DNA from: Raillietiella orientalis
Taxonomy: Eukaryota
Assembly: GCA_036172245.1 (NCBI GenBank)
Contig: JAYWIR010000001.1
Span: 11,718,001-11,782,000, forward strand
DNA length: 64,000 nt
Direction of reading: 5' to 3'
Part shown: one piece after another, positions 49,001 through 61,487 of the stretch
Position numbering within the stretch: position 1 is the stretch's first letter
How the letters are laid out: the number at the start of each line of letters is the position of its first letter
Translations under genes and position numbers: made by a program
The notes under the pieces: model-generated
Databases searched by the model: none
What the model saw: only the letters and a program-made list of their open reading frames with translations
Told to the model about the DNA's origin: nothing

Positions 49001-52000
49001 TTCGCGCATGCGTGCGCGCGACGGCACGAGCAGCAGCGGGGAACGCAGCGCCCATCTTCCCAGCCGCAGACGACAGAAACACAAACAAAGGGAGTCATGG
49101 GGGCGGGCGCCATCCGGGAGTCGCGCGCGCGCGCCATCAGGGAGGACGCGACTGCAGTGGTTCACGCAGGCAGGGGCAGTCATCCCCGAAAGGCGCTCGC
49201 GGGGCCGGCAGGGGGCGGTCTGTCGCCCGCTGGCCGGAGCGAGGTTACCGAAATCCACTACACCGGCCCGCCGGACACGAGTCGGGAGCGCGCCGCCGTG
49301 CGGAGCCGAAGACACCATGCTCAACGCGGCACTGCAGCGCCGCGAAATGCATAGGGGGTGGATGGGCGCACCAGGACCTAGGCAACATCCTTATACGTGT
49401 GGGAGCACCGGACTTGCTCGCAAACGAACGCCGCAGCGCGCCGGGTCCTTTGCTCCTGGTGCCCGGACGCTTCGAGCACCATTCGAAAGTCCACATCTAA
49501 CCTCTTCCGTACGGCTGATCCGAGACCGCAGGGATGGGATCGCGTGAACTCTGGGTGCGCAAAGGTGGCGCTCGGGCCCGCTAACCGCCAAGATGTTAGC
49601 GCCTCCCTTAAAGGGGGGAGGAGGAGGTTCCCAACGCTATCACGATGGCCGGCTACGCCCTTAGCCGTGTCTTTTGAGCCGTGCCAGCCACAACAGGCGG
49701 GTGCTCGAAACAGACCAATACCCCTCATGATGGACCCGCAGACATCGCCTCCCTACGAGGGATTCCACCGAATACACCCGTTCTCGGAATTCTTGCCCCT
49801 GTCCGCGCTCCTCAGTCCTTTTCGAGAACATCCTGCTCCGGGAGGCCGAGGTTCCCAAGCAACCGCGGCCATCGAGATCACGTTTTACCAGGTCGCAGCG
49901 TGAACTCTGGCAATACTAAGCTCCTGCAGCCGATCTGAGATATATCCCGAGTGCTGTCCTCGAGGGAAGCCATCGGCGCACGCCGATGTCGGGACCGACA
50001 GCCTTGCAAACACGGGTGGTGCTCTGCTTTAAGGTCACTGGGGATGTCCTCACAGCGTCCGGAAGCTGCTGGGCATTCGCATTCCGGAGGCGTCGTTTAC
50101 GCGTTGTTTCATAAGGTTCCCCCAACGACCCACCAACCTCACGTTTGGTCCCCGCATCCTCCAGTATGTAACTGTGTCCCCTTTTGCTCAACAATAAAAG
50201 AGAGAGTCTGTAGCAAATGCTCCCTGTCCGGCGGAGTCAGAGGGCTTTGAGCGGGAATAACTTCGACAATCGCACTGGACCTCAAAAAGACACAACCGAC
50301 TGGGATCCCAACACGCATCTTCCTACCCCTTCACCGAGCAAGGCACGTTCCGTCAAAGCTTATCCTTACTTAGCAGCTGCTTTGCATCATCCCATCCATG
50401 TTAAGAACGCTGTATCTATGGTGATAAAAAGTACGGAGGCACAGGAATGGCGAGCGGTTTAAAAGAGGTCTGCCTCGAAGCCGGACTCGAAGCGTGACGT
50501 CACCGCGCGCGATCATCATGGCCGCCAACATTGCGATCCGAAAACGCGCGGAGGTGACTTTGAGACGAAACGAAGCGGAGATCGGACGGGCGCCCCGAGC
50601 GAAGTCTCCGTGGCTCTCGGACGATTTGCGAACTGCTGCGATCTGCATCTCCCCCGGGGCCGGGCGGGTGCGCCCCAGCGAACTTCCTGAAGACGGAAAG
50701 GCTGCAACCTCGCCGTGGCCGACCAAGGGCAGCTGGGATGCCCGGCCTCGGACGTGTCCCTGCAGCACACCGCGCGATGGCACGTGATCACGAGAGCACC
50801 GGGAAGAATCCAATTGATCGCTACTTCACACTTGCCTTTCTGCTCGGACACAGACATACTCCGATGCGACGGCCCTCAAGGAACACCTGAGCAGCAGTAT
50901 CACGACGAAATGGGCAGTTAAGGTGAACATCTCCGGAAAGAGAAAGGACAGGGCGAGTGGAAGACGGGCCAGCTCACCGACGATGCGATCCCGAGTACGC
51001 CACCCCATGGACTCTTACGCTGGGACGAGCTACTGGATGTTCCGTTGGAACACCTGAAGTGGCCGCCGGTGTTCATGGCCACCTGCACCCTCCCCTTGAA
51101 GCGACAGGCGTCGGCGCTGTTGCTGCTGAGCTAGGATATCCCGTGCAGTGTCCGCCGGCATCACTGGACGCGGGGTGTGTGTGGACCCGAACTGTGTCAG
51201 GTGCGGGGAATTGGAATCCGTCCCCACCTGCTACTGGACTTTGTTGCCCTCCGGCCCCTATGGAAACGCATTATGCGTTCGAATGGGGACCAGAGTTTGC
51301 CACGGCCCTGGGAACTCCCGGACCCAACTCCAGGCACGCTATCAAACCCCTCTTCGTTCACGACGCCCTTCGGCCAGCGGCCCCGCTAGCAGCTCTCTCT
51401 GCTGCCGACATGGCATCGTCGTCACTGCCTGGAGCGACGCAACAGGACGACCGGGCGACAGAGGTTCCTACAGAGGATGGACAGGACCTGCACCAGCAGA
51501 CAGTGATCCCTTCCCGTATCCCTCAAAGTATATTTGTTTTTGTTTTCCTTTTTTTTTCTTTTTGCTTGCCCCTTCCCCTCTGCTGCCGTGGTGGACCACT
51601 GGTCCAATCACAGCTCTCATGGAATGTTTATTTTTGAAATAAACGCCCCGGCGCACCTGGGTGAGAATCGAATTCGACACACTCCGCGGTCACCCTAACG
51701 GAAAGGGGGGAGGGGTGCGTTCCGACCGCACTTTCCCTTTTGCTCCGCGTCCTTCCCGGAAGCCGAGGTTACGTGCGCGGAGGCTTCTGGCAAGCTCCCT
51801 CCTCGCGAAGGTTCGCACCCCAAACAGCCATCCCACCTCACGAGACGCGCGCGTTAAAAGGGGGGGACGCATTCCTGACTCACCCACCGAACCACCACCA
51901 TCACCCTCTCGGCGCACACAACAGGAGAGTTCCACCTCAGATGAGGAGACCCACTCGAAATTCCTCCCCTACCATCCTCCTCCGGTTTTACCGTTTTTTC

Positions 52001-55000
52001 TTTGTTCGTCTTCGCACGAGGTTCCCTGATTACGGCGCAGCACGCAAGAACCGTTCGCTTGGAGGCCCACAAAGCTCTTTGACCCTGTCCTCGCCACCCG
52101 AGGGCGCGTGTCACTCTCCAAGTTATGAAGGGGCAACCCCGTAGGGACCACATCCAGTGAATTCAGGAAGGGCTCCGGAGGGAGGAGTCCGTTCCTCTCC
52201 CGCCTGGGAGAGAGCCTCGGAGGGAACCCTTCACTCTGGTCGTCTCCCCAGGGGATTCGGAAGAGAACCACCTCTTCCTTGTTCTCTCCGGAAGGACCCT
52301 TCCATTGTTTGTTCCCCGAAAGAAGTCTGGAAGATCGTTTCCTCCTCTGGAGAGAACCCTGAAGGGACGCTTCCCAATTTTCTCTGGAGGGATCGCTCCA
52401 CTACGGGAGCAGCATGCTTTACGCTCTGGAGAGGCGATCCCCCGGAGTGGATATCAACCAGCTCCATGGTAACGACTCCATCTTCATCACCGGAGGGGAA
52501 CTATCCCGGAGGGAAGAGGCACTCCTTTGGTTCCTGGAAGGACCACGGAGGGTGAACTTCCAATCCCGGTCAGTCAACGTGGTCATCCGACTTCCACCAG
52601 TGTCGCTTCACCATAACCCAGCGTCAGCTCGCGGAAGGAGGGGAAGAGGGGGTCTGGAAACCCACAACGCACCCCCCATTCCCCATTACTTAGATATGAG
52701 GTTCGAACCCACAAAGCACTTCACCGTGTGGACGGCGGTGCACCGCTCCCGCGTTTGAATCCATTGGAGCTCACCCACCCCCTTTCTCCATCACGAAGCC
52801 GGCAACACCGCAGACGTCCATCTTCCTTCTGCCTTTCAGACGCTGAAGAACTTATCGCTCGAATTCCTCAGAGAACACGAAACCGTCCTCCCTTCCGCAA
52901 GGCCCTCGCGACGCTCCCCTCCTCAGCAGACGCTTCCGGCAGTGGCCCGGGAGGGTCACCGCGCGATTTTCCCATGGGAAATTCCTCGTTTCCTCTCCAG
53001 AAACCGTAGGACTTTCGGCTGAACCAGAATGCGAGCAGGACTTGGCTGAACCGTGGGAAGACAAAAATTCCCAGGCAACAGGAAGCCTAAAATGTTCCTA
53101 CGAGCTTCCGGTTCGAAGCGGTGAGGGCGCTCGCTCGCTCGCTCGCACGCACGCCAGACGGAGGGGGAGGTTTCGCGCCAGCCGCCCGCCCCACTCGGAA
53201 ATCGCATCCCACGCCCCAGAAGGAACGTTGCAGGTGTTCTTCGACCACCACCGGAGGGACTGTCTTGGAAGCAAAAGCGAAGATCCTTCGAGGCAGTTCC
53301 AGCTGACGTCTCGGCGTGGGCACCGAGCGTCTCGGACCTGAAGCGTGTCCTCAAAGTGGCCCCCTGTTCTCCAGCACCTTTTGCAGCCTCCTCCTCCTCC
53401 GAGTGGTCGTGTCCTCCCCTAAACTTAGGTGGCCTTTGTCCGGGCCGCACACGATGGACAGCAGACGCGCTTGCAAGAAGAACGCCGAAGAAGTCGGCGC
53501 GTGCGTCTCGCTTGCAGCCGAAGATGGCGGCAGTTTCCGCCATGTTCGGCTTGTCTCATGTTCCTGCTCAGCAACTGCCTTCCCCGCAGTAACGTCCCAG
53601 GGGCCGCGGAGGAGGAAGGATGCCCCCTGGCGAGGAAAAGGAGGACGACAAGAGCGAAAGAGAGACCGAGGGCCATCGCCTCCTCCTGTCCACTTCGGGA
53701 CGCAGACCCGTGTCCCCGGGGCAATAGCATGCTGCTGACCGGCGGCCCTTGATTCGGGGGGTTCCGCCGCTGACCGGCCTGCCGCTACGGGGGAAAGAAC
53801 GCGCAAATCCGGAAGGGGAGGAGACGCAGCGCAAGAAACAGCGAGCGCTGGAGTCCCTGCCGAAGAACGCCCGCCCTACCTGGCGAACGCGAGCAAGCAC
53901 ACTGCACCCCCGAAAACGGCCCTCCTGGTGGACTGGGGTCGAACGCGTGTGAGATCTCCAGAAGAGCAGCTGCCCACAGCACGACCGTGGAAGGCCACAA
54001 ACTTGAAGATTCGGAGGCATCCCGCCCGTTTCGGAAAAAGGGAAAGACGAGACATCAATCTTCCCATCCATCGCCCCCCCCCCACCTCATGCCTCCGGGC
54101 ACCAACCGAACCAAAGTCACAAGGCGAATGGAATGCGTTCTTCTAACATCCTCCTTGAAATCTTTGCTTAAGCTTCCGCCTCCGCCTCATCACGGAAGGG
54201 GAAGGAAAGTCGAGTGAGAGTAACCCAGAAAGGACATGGCACGGTATCGGGCGGCACGCGTCAACGAAGCGACTCTCCGTTCATCGCGTGGACTCGGCCA
54301 TTGATGATGCCGCCGGAACCACAGAGCTGGCGAATAGGACGAGTTCATTGGATATGCCTGCTGGAGGACCAGGATGCACCAAATGAAAAAAGGAGGGTGG
54401 GGATGGGGGGGGAGGAGGCTTGCCCCAGGGAAGTAAGCCAGGTTTGGCAAACGGGCCATCAAGCTGCCTCCGAAGGGGTTCCAGTCCCTTCGCGCTGTTC
54501 TCCAGGAGCCGAAGATAGAGGGAGCGACCGCTGACAACAACGCCATACCGACGTCCAAAGCGCGGAGAAGACTCCCGCCACTCCAGAAGACCGGCTATTG
54601 GTAATCGCGACCGCGACTCAGGTGGACGCAGCAGCAGCTTTCACCAGCACACTCGCGTCCTGACGCCGTCAGCAAACGCCGCCCACCCCATCCCGCGCGC
54701 TTCTTCGAACGGTGGCTCGCGACAATCAAAACGACTCAGGACAACACGGATAGAGTTCACCCACGTCTTGATGTTGGTCCAGCTCGCTTCGGGCGGCGCA
54801 CCGAACCCATGGCCGGCCGAGATGCCGACTGATGATGGAGAAAGTGACCACGTTTTATCCCCCCCCCCATTTCAAGACCAGGTGGTCGTGGCTTTGAATG
54901 CCGCCGCTGCCATTGCAAACGCTGCAAAGGAAGGAAAAATAGGCGCAAAACGGGTCCACAAACAAGAGACACCGGGCTCTTATATGATTTAAGAGACGCG

Positions 55001-57110
55001 GCTCTTATTAAAGGAGGAGGAGGAGGAAGCAGGGAAGAAAGAAGGAAGGATGGAGGAAGGTGGAAGCAGGGAGGGAGAAGAGACAGAGGGAGGAGGAAGA
55101 GATTTGAATGAGAGGAACACAATCGTACGAAGTACCCTCTTTGCACCGACCGGAGGGCAGATGTCACGTTTCCTGGTACAAGGCGACGCGGCGAAACGAA
55201 GCAGAAAGACTCCATCCAAATCCCCAAGATGCCTCAGAGTGACCGACTGCGCTGCGAAGAAACGCGCGATGCCATTTGCAAGCATACTGGACCAGAAGGG
55301 GCTTAGGTAACTTAGGCAAAGCAACTGGTGGACCCTCGCCTACCCCCTGGCTGCCTTGACACTCTGAGGACACACATGAGTTTCTTGCACCGACTCGGTA
55401 ATGTACAGACGCAGCGTCTTCGTTCCGTGCGAGGCACCAAGCCGAAGCTAGCGTGCAAAAGAAAGACGGGACAGAGGGAGATGCTCCACGGAAGAAAGAA
55501 AAAACGACCTTGGCATAGCACCTGCCAAATCCAGCAGGACTTGCGATTTCTACGGGTTCTCCCCTCGGATGCGGGATAAATTATGGCCAAGAGCCATTCG
55601 TTGGCCTTCTGCCGGCTCGCCCTAATCCCGAACGTTGAACGCAGTTCTTTGGGCTCGCTCCCGGAAGCTTTAGAGGATGCTGAGACGTTTACTGCTTTTA
55701 AGACGGCACGTCTCCCCCCTCCATTGCAAAAAAAAAAAATGAAAAAAGGAAGAAACGGGAGAACGCACGCAGCCCTCTTTTCATGCCAAGCAATGTGGCC
55801 TAAAAAAGCGCCAGCGGGTCCTCGAAACGATCTCCCAAGACGACGTGCCAGGAAATTCGTGCGTGATCTCGCTGTTATGGCAAGCGAAGAACCGCGGCAG
55901 ATAAAGCCCCGCGGGGCCGCAGGATCGAAAACGACCGCTACGCTTCCCGCGCTGTTCCCTGCCGCACTGTGCTCCCTGAGCCAACCGCAGGACGCGCGCG
56001 TGGAGGCTTTGCAGACGGGTGCGCCAGCTGAGTCCCTGCGCGCGAATCGATAAGACACCCCACGCCCGGGTTCCGCTTCGAATGTGCGGACCAATTAGCG
56101 ATGCAGCGACGCCTCGCCGAAAGACTCCCTCCCCCCCTTTCCCCCCCTTCCCCGAAAAAAAAAAGAAGCCACTGCCACTGCTCTTGCAAGCAGTCAGAGC
56201 ACTAGAGATGCTCCAGCTGTTCAGATGACGACCTTTGCGCCGAAGCAGTGCGAGCGCAGGCACGTTCCTTTTGTTCCTGGCGCGTCCTGAGCGGAGGAGC
56301 CGCGCACTGTTCCGACGCGTGACTCGTCCTGCGTGGGACGACGGCCGGTCCGGAAAAGGGCGACACGATTTCTTCGCCCGCTCTTCCCGCTTTGCGCAGG
56401 CGCGAACGGGAGTCTGGGCGGCGGTGAGGCTGGAGTCCTCCGCGGGTGGGTGGCGAAGCTCCGACTCTGTGTTCAAAGGAGTTCCTCGCGGAAAGAACCT
56501 ATAGAAGGCGCCTCCCTAGAGAGTCCGCGCGGATGCCGAAAGCCCGGTTCCCGTCGAACTCGGTGGGGAAAACGCGGAAAGGCGCGCCTATCGGTTGATT
56601 CCCGCAGCTCTCTCCATCAAGGACACTCCCGGGAAAAAGAAACGAGCGCTGAGCTCAGGAGCAGTACATGTTTCACACTGCGCGTGCGCCGCACATATGC
56701 CGCCACTACAACACAAGGAAAAGAAAAGCGTTGCTGCCGTCGTAGGCGGAGAGCACGGAAAGCCTAACTCTGGGAGCGGCTGCGGTCCGAACCGCCGCAG
56801 AGGTACCGCCTCGGACTCCCATGACGTCGGCGGCCGCGGCGCGCGCCGTGCCCGGGCGTCATGGAAGGTGCGCAAGCCGGCTCCGGACCTTCCCGCGAGC
56901 AGAGGCACACCGGCGCACGGTGTGTCTCGGGCAGCGAGGCCGTCGCTCGGACACGCGGGCTTGACGCGTGCGGTTTCCGGCGTCCACGTCGGGACGGGCA
57001 GCTGATGGCCCGAGACTCGACGAACGGCGAGGCGCCAACGGGCGGGTGCGGACAAGCCGCGCTCCAGTCCGAAGCGCGCACACCAATACTTCCGACACCG
57101 CTCCGGAGTG

Positions 57111-57153
<43 letters not shown>

Positions 57154-60100
57154 GTTCCTTCAAGCGGGCGCAGCCGAAAGCTCGCTGCGCATGAAACGCT
57201 TCGCGACCGTGGCGGGACCTCGGGGGAAGAGCAGCACCTCCTGGCGGACAGGAGGCGCGCGCGACCTTGGAGCACCGAAAGACACAACCAGCCAGCGACC
57301 GTCCGAAAAACAAGGCCAATCAAAACCGATTCCTGATGCGCGAATTAAAAAGGTCACTTTTCGTGTCCGCCTGCCCGTGTTCGTGTGCCCATACGTTCCT
57401 GTCGCCTGTGTGTGTGTGTGTGTGTGTGTTGTCCAGTAAATGAGCGCACACGTCCGAGAGCTGCTCGGCAAAGCTGGCTGCGTGGACCATTCGTCCGCCA
57501 GGATTCCCAGTCGTATTCCCGCTGAGGGCACGGTGCGAGGGCGAAGCGAGGATCGCCCCGGGAGGCTGCACATCTGATCCAGGGCTCGCAGCCGCCTTCA
57601 TGCACACCGCTCAAAGCCCGAGGCCCAGGGCGCGCGGAGCCGCTCCGACGGCATGGGGGGGGAGGCAGACGCGTCCTGCAGGAGCACCTCCGGTTCGCGT
57701 CCGCGGGACGCGCTCAGGAGCGGAGGATGCGAACCCGTGCGAACCGCCCTTCCTCACCAAGACCGCCGAGGGGGGGGGGGGGACATCCTGGAGTCCCGAC
57801 GGAGCCCCGAGAGGACAGGAACAGAACGGCTTCGCCCCCACGGGGGATGAGAAACCGCAGTCCCGCCGAGACCGTGATTGCAGCTCTGGAAAGTCCCTAA
57901 TTGGAGCGCGCCCGAAGCCGACGCGGGAGGACAAGAAAAAATCCTTGAATATTCAGATGCGGCTCCTCATCTTCCACAAGGCCATCCTCAACTCGTAGGA
58001 GGGGGAGTGCTCGGAAGGGCGTACGCAGCTCGCAACTCCCGCGTACCTCTCCGACTTCGACGCACGTCCCAAAAGGCGCGACCCGCGGCATCTCCCTCTG
58101 GAGCGCCCCCCCCCCCCCCCAAATAAATCATGGGAGAGGCGCGTGTCCACTCCCGGGAGGTATTTATAGACGCGGGAGATGCTGGAAACTCGCCTACAGG
58201 GGGCGCCCCGACGACAGTTCGATGGCGCGAACGAACCATCTGCTCCCGAGAAAGCGATATCTTCATTCCCTCCGGTTCGGCTTTTCCCACCCCCTCATAC
58301 CCTGGGGAGCGGAAGGAAGACGGCGGAGGAGACGGTCGGTGGGCCGCCGCGGCGCGCGGACGGGAACGACCGATCTCGACCCACCCGCATCACAGAATTG
58401 GGGCCCAAGAAGGCGCGAAGTGGGGAGAATCTCCCCACGTCGGCGGGTGAACCCACGCAGGAGTGCCAGGAGGCAGGCACGGCCGACAAGCTACACCTCC
58501 GCGGTCCGCTTCGCCGGGCGCCATGACGGCTCTCAGCGGTGCGCAGACGGGCGTGTCCTTCGCGGCGGGACGATGAGCCCGCCGTCTTCCCAAGAAGCTA
58601 CATTCGGTGCTGGCCGCCGCCAAGGAACCGAGTGTCAGCCCCCTCCCCCTCTCCCCCTCCCTTCCACACACCTTGACAACTAGCGGTACGCCGCCTTGGA
58701 CTCTCGAAAGGAGGCAGGGAGGAAAAGCAAGGCACGCGCGCGCGATGGTTTCCCGCCCGGACGAGGGGAGGAGGACCGTCGTTCCCCCGCGAAATGGCCA
58801 ACGTCACGGGCACGCATGTGCCGTCCTTCGCCGAGGCAGCTGGCTAGCCGGGTCGCCCGTAGCTCCTGCGCGCCGTGGGACCTCCGCGGTCTTCGAGACC
58901 TCTCCCAGAAGGACACGCTGCCCGTGCACCGCCTCTCGAAGAGGCAAAGACGGGAAAGGGCGCCGACCGTTCCCCACGCCCACTCCTCAGATCACCTCCC
59001 TTCTTCGCGATCGGGGCACGCACGCGCTTCCCGGGAAGAATGACGGAACACTAGCAGGAGCGGGTTTCCGAGGCGACGGGGGCGCTCCGGTGACGGCCGG
59101 TCACTCGAGGCAACAGCCACTTTTCCCAGAGCGGAGCCCTCCGCATCGGGCAGGCACGTCCCGCCGAGGAGAGAGCGCGAGGGGTTTCGCAACCGCGCCT
59201 TCCGCCTCCCGGAGGCACCCGGCTGCGCCGCTCCTTCCCGCGCTCGCGCGTGCGCGTGCCGCGCTTCCGCCGCCGGAGGGTGGCGCGCGCAAGCGCGAGG
59301 GGTGAGGGACGGGGACGCAAGAAAAACAAGGGAGTCAGGCAGGAGGGACGGAGAAGGGAGAGAAAGGAGGGGGAGGCGAGCGGACGCTTCCGCCACCCCC
59401 TGCCGGCGACACGCGGAGGGCAGAGAGCGCGCGCGCGCGAAGACGAAGGGGGAAAAGTCATGCCGAAAGGACGCATTGCAGCCGACATTCGGTGCAGGGA
59501 TGGTGGCTCTCCCCCCACCCTAGTAGTACGCCGCCTCTTTGTGGGGCGCCCTGCCAGTCTCGGGGCAGGCGGCACAGGGGTGCCAGAAGCTGCCCCGGTG
59601 ACGCGCGCGGAAGACGAGGGAACCGCCGCCGCCGCCGCCCGCAAGAAGCTTCCGGCTGCTCCCCGGAGGAACACGAGGACGGGAGCGCACTCCGCTGCCG
59701 GGAGCGAAGGGACGCGTCCTCGTCCGTCCGTTCACCCTGGGAACCGCGCGCGTCCCGGGCGACCCCGACGGGCGTCCCGGAAGACGGCGAAGCTGCGCGG
59801 CGCGCGCGAAGGGGAGTGTGTGGAGGGGGGACGCCGCTTCCTTTCCACCCCTTTTCGGAGCCCGGGGAAAAAAGGGGGAGAGGAATGGGAACGCGGCAGG
59901 GAGCTTCCCTTTCTTCCCGGATGCGCGCGCGCGTATGAGGGCGCAGGAATTTCCCTCCTTCCGCTCTGCAAGAAACGGGAAAGCCGGTCCTCCTACCGGG
60001 TCATCCCCGTGATCCCGCCGATGAGAGATGGCGAGCAACGCCCGGCGCAGTCCCTCGCATCTGAGATGCACCTTTTCGTGTGCCTGGGAGGGTCTCCGTC

Positions 60101-60778
60101 CGATGGGAGGCAGCTGGGGCGGCGGTGGAAGGGGGATGAATCGATTCTCTGGCCGGACGCAAGGATGGCGTAGCTCCAACGCTTTCTTCAAAAGAGGGGA
60201 CGGGGGAGGGCGTCGCCACAGCGGGCACAAGGCGATGGCGGTCCCCGGTCGAGCACCCTCTGGCGACGAAATCGACCCGCGCCAACTCCTCACTCGCCTG
60301 TTCTGCCGGCTTAGCAGGCCACGCGCGGCGGACATTAACGGGAGAGGAAGAGGGGGGGGGAAGGGGGGGCGAAGCAACTAACCAGCGCCAGCCCAACAAA
60401 GCAATCCCGTCCCCCTCCCTCCCTCCCCGGAAACCCACCGACCCGCAAAACGCCTTCGGGGAAGATGATTCCGGGAGAGAGGCAACAGAGGAGAACCTAC
60501 CTGCCGTCGTCGCCGCGATGGCGCCGTTGTCCCTTGGCGCCTTCGGCGCGCTCCGTCGTCGGCTCCCCGTCCTGCCGCTCGTCGTCGTCGGTTTCCCCGC
60601 TGTCCGTCAGGCCAGGCTCGGACTCGGCGACCCGGCAGCGGAAGGACCCGGACATGGCTTCGATGTCGGAGTCGATGCCCTTGGCGAAGTCCATGTAGAA
60701 AGAGTCGTGCGAGCCCTCGGACCCGTGCTTCATGCGCAGGCTGAAGTCCAGCGAGCTCTCCTCGTCGTCGTCGGACAT
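35894..60778 (-). CDS. OtopLc: Otopetrin proton channel, OtopLc-like; spliced model complement(join(35894..37030,38210..38370,38453..38584,38643..38751,38808..38922,40876..40977,41587..41829,60501..60778)), 2277 nt = 758 aa + stop
   Basis: Motifs LSAIYGKLLVVMGMAFPMAEVIS, GSFYLKMGAVAFGVGSMIYS, FQMYFIFLN, RFGLMHMIAANLCVW, FLFPCTIEYSLICAA, SVDCAGAHKGLFLG, KPGREAVTFLLVANLAMW, MPLAIFYRFHSTVCLCEIW. All junctions are GT-AG and in phase. N-terminal DSFYMDFAKGIDSDIE resembles recalled insect OtopLc N-termini. Confidence 0.92.
38210..38370 (-). CDS. OtopLc: OtopLc-like exon (AFGVGSMIYSVLEF...QMYFIFLNSR)
   Basis: Acceptor tctccag|cc, donor cgc|gtgagt; 161 nt. Confidence 0.95.
38453..38584 (-). CDS. OtopLc: OtopLc-like exon (IGYSQSSFSFQDDGEL...GSFYLKMGAV)
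   Basis: Acceptor cttcttccag|tt (phase 1, matching upstream donor a|gtagga, 58-nt intron), donor g|gtgagt. Confidence 0.9.
38643..38751 (-). CDS. OtopLc: OtopLc-like exon (AFYVYLYLGSIFFLLYVYIFIFGNKK...GTK)
   Basis: Acceptor gttccag|gca, donor aaaa|gtagga; 109 nt; 56-nt upstream intron. Confidence 0.92.
38808..38922 (-). CDS. OtopLc: OtopLc-like TM1 exon (DTLVKVLSAIYGKLLVVMGMAFPMAEVISTQIAPSFYE)
   Basis: Acceptor ttctttccag|g, donor gag|gtactg; 115 nt. Confidence 0.95.
40876..40977 (-). CDS. Probable OtopLc-like N-terminal exon (SLNDKGAGSVSMNEVVIHRYGSEDFLRTEWDRKSR)
   Basis: Long pyrimidine tract plus tttccag| acceptor; donor ag|gtgaac (alternative ag|gtacgg ending the exon at 40924); 102 nt, phase 2-2, reads into the TM1 exon. 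Confidence 0.7.
41587..41829 (-). CDS. Possible OtopLc-like N-terminal exon (WTKLRPPLADERK...RDGATS)
   Basis: Acceptor cttctctccggtag|a, donor ag|gtttct (weak); 243 nt, phase 2-2, open and protein-like. No homology support. Confidence 0.5.
50873..51670 (+). mobile_element. L1/Tx1-type LINE 3' fragment in intron 1 of the OtopLc-like gene
   Basis: Near-identical to 4916-5830 over about 550 nt, with independent indels near the 3' end. Confidence 0.8.
52040..52780 (-). mobile_element. Near-full-length tRNA-derived SINE-like repeat in intron 1 of the OtopLc-like gene
   Basis: Minus-strand A-box-like agctccaatgg (52761-52771) and B-box gtgggttcgaacct (about 52698-52712), followed by a body homologous to 1950-2412. 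Confidence 0.7.
57111..57152. repeat. (GCC)n microsatellite
   Basis: About 13 uninterrupted gcc units, intronic. Confidence 0.9.
60501..60778 (-). CDS. OtopLc: First coding exon of the OtopLc-like gene (MSDDDEESSLDFSLRMKHGSEGSHDSFYMDFAKGIDSDIE...DDGR)
   Basis: gccgccATG context, donor ag|gtaggt in phase 2, matching the downstream phase-2 acceptors; an in-frame upstream ATG exists at 60832. Confidence 0.8.
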
Positions 60779-61487
60779 GGCGGCAGCCGCCGGCAGCACC
60801 ACCGAGGAGCAGCACGCCGCGGCGGCGGTCATTCGCAGAGACGCCTGCCCGCACAGCTTCTCTCCGCTCCCCTCCCTCTCCCTCTCTCTGTCGCGCGCGC
60901 GCGCGCGAGCTCGCTCGCTCTCCCGCCCGTTTTCTCTCCTCCCTCCCCTCTCCCGCTCATCAGGCAAAACGCGCGCGCCCTTCCGCTTTGCTTCGACGAG
61001 GTGGCATAGGGCGCTCCTGGTCCCCCCCCCTCTCTCTCCCTCTCTCGCTTCTCCCGACTCTGTGCGCGCTCAACGCGTGCTTGGCTGCACAGCCCGAGCG
61101 ATCGCTTTCGCGGCGGCTTCCCGAGACTTCCCTGACGCGGCCTCCCCCGGCTCCACGCACTGCGGCCTGGAAGCCACAGTGCCAATGCGAACCCGACGGT
61201 GGAGGTAGTTCGCGAGCACCGCAAAAGAGGGGAGCACCACCGTCCGCAACCGAACAGACGACGGCGTCGTGGGTGCGGAAATCACGTGCCCCTCGAAAGA
61301 CGGGGCAGGGGAAGGGGAGAGGGACACTGTGCATGCGAGCCACTCCCTCGTGTCTCTCCCGTTTTTCCGACGAGAGGCCGAGCAGAAAGAAAAAATGAAA
61401 ATGGTAGCCCATCTACGGCTCTTTTGGGAGAGGGCTAGCGCTCGCTTTGCGCGTGCTTTCTGAAGAAGCGGGAGACGAAAAAACGAA

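Noticed and set aside
49542..49910. 13-bp direct repeat gcgtgaactctgg as a target-site duplication around a 343-bp insert
   Set aside because: A match this long at this spacing is plausible by chance in 64 kb, and the insert has no terminal repeats, tail or second copy here.
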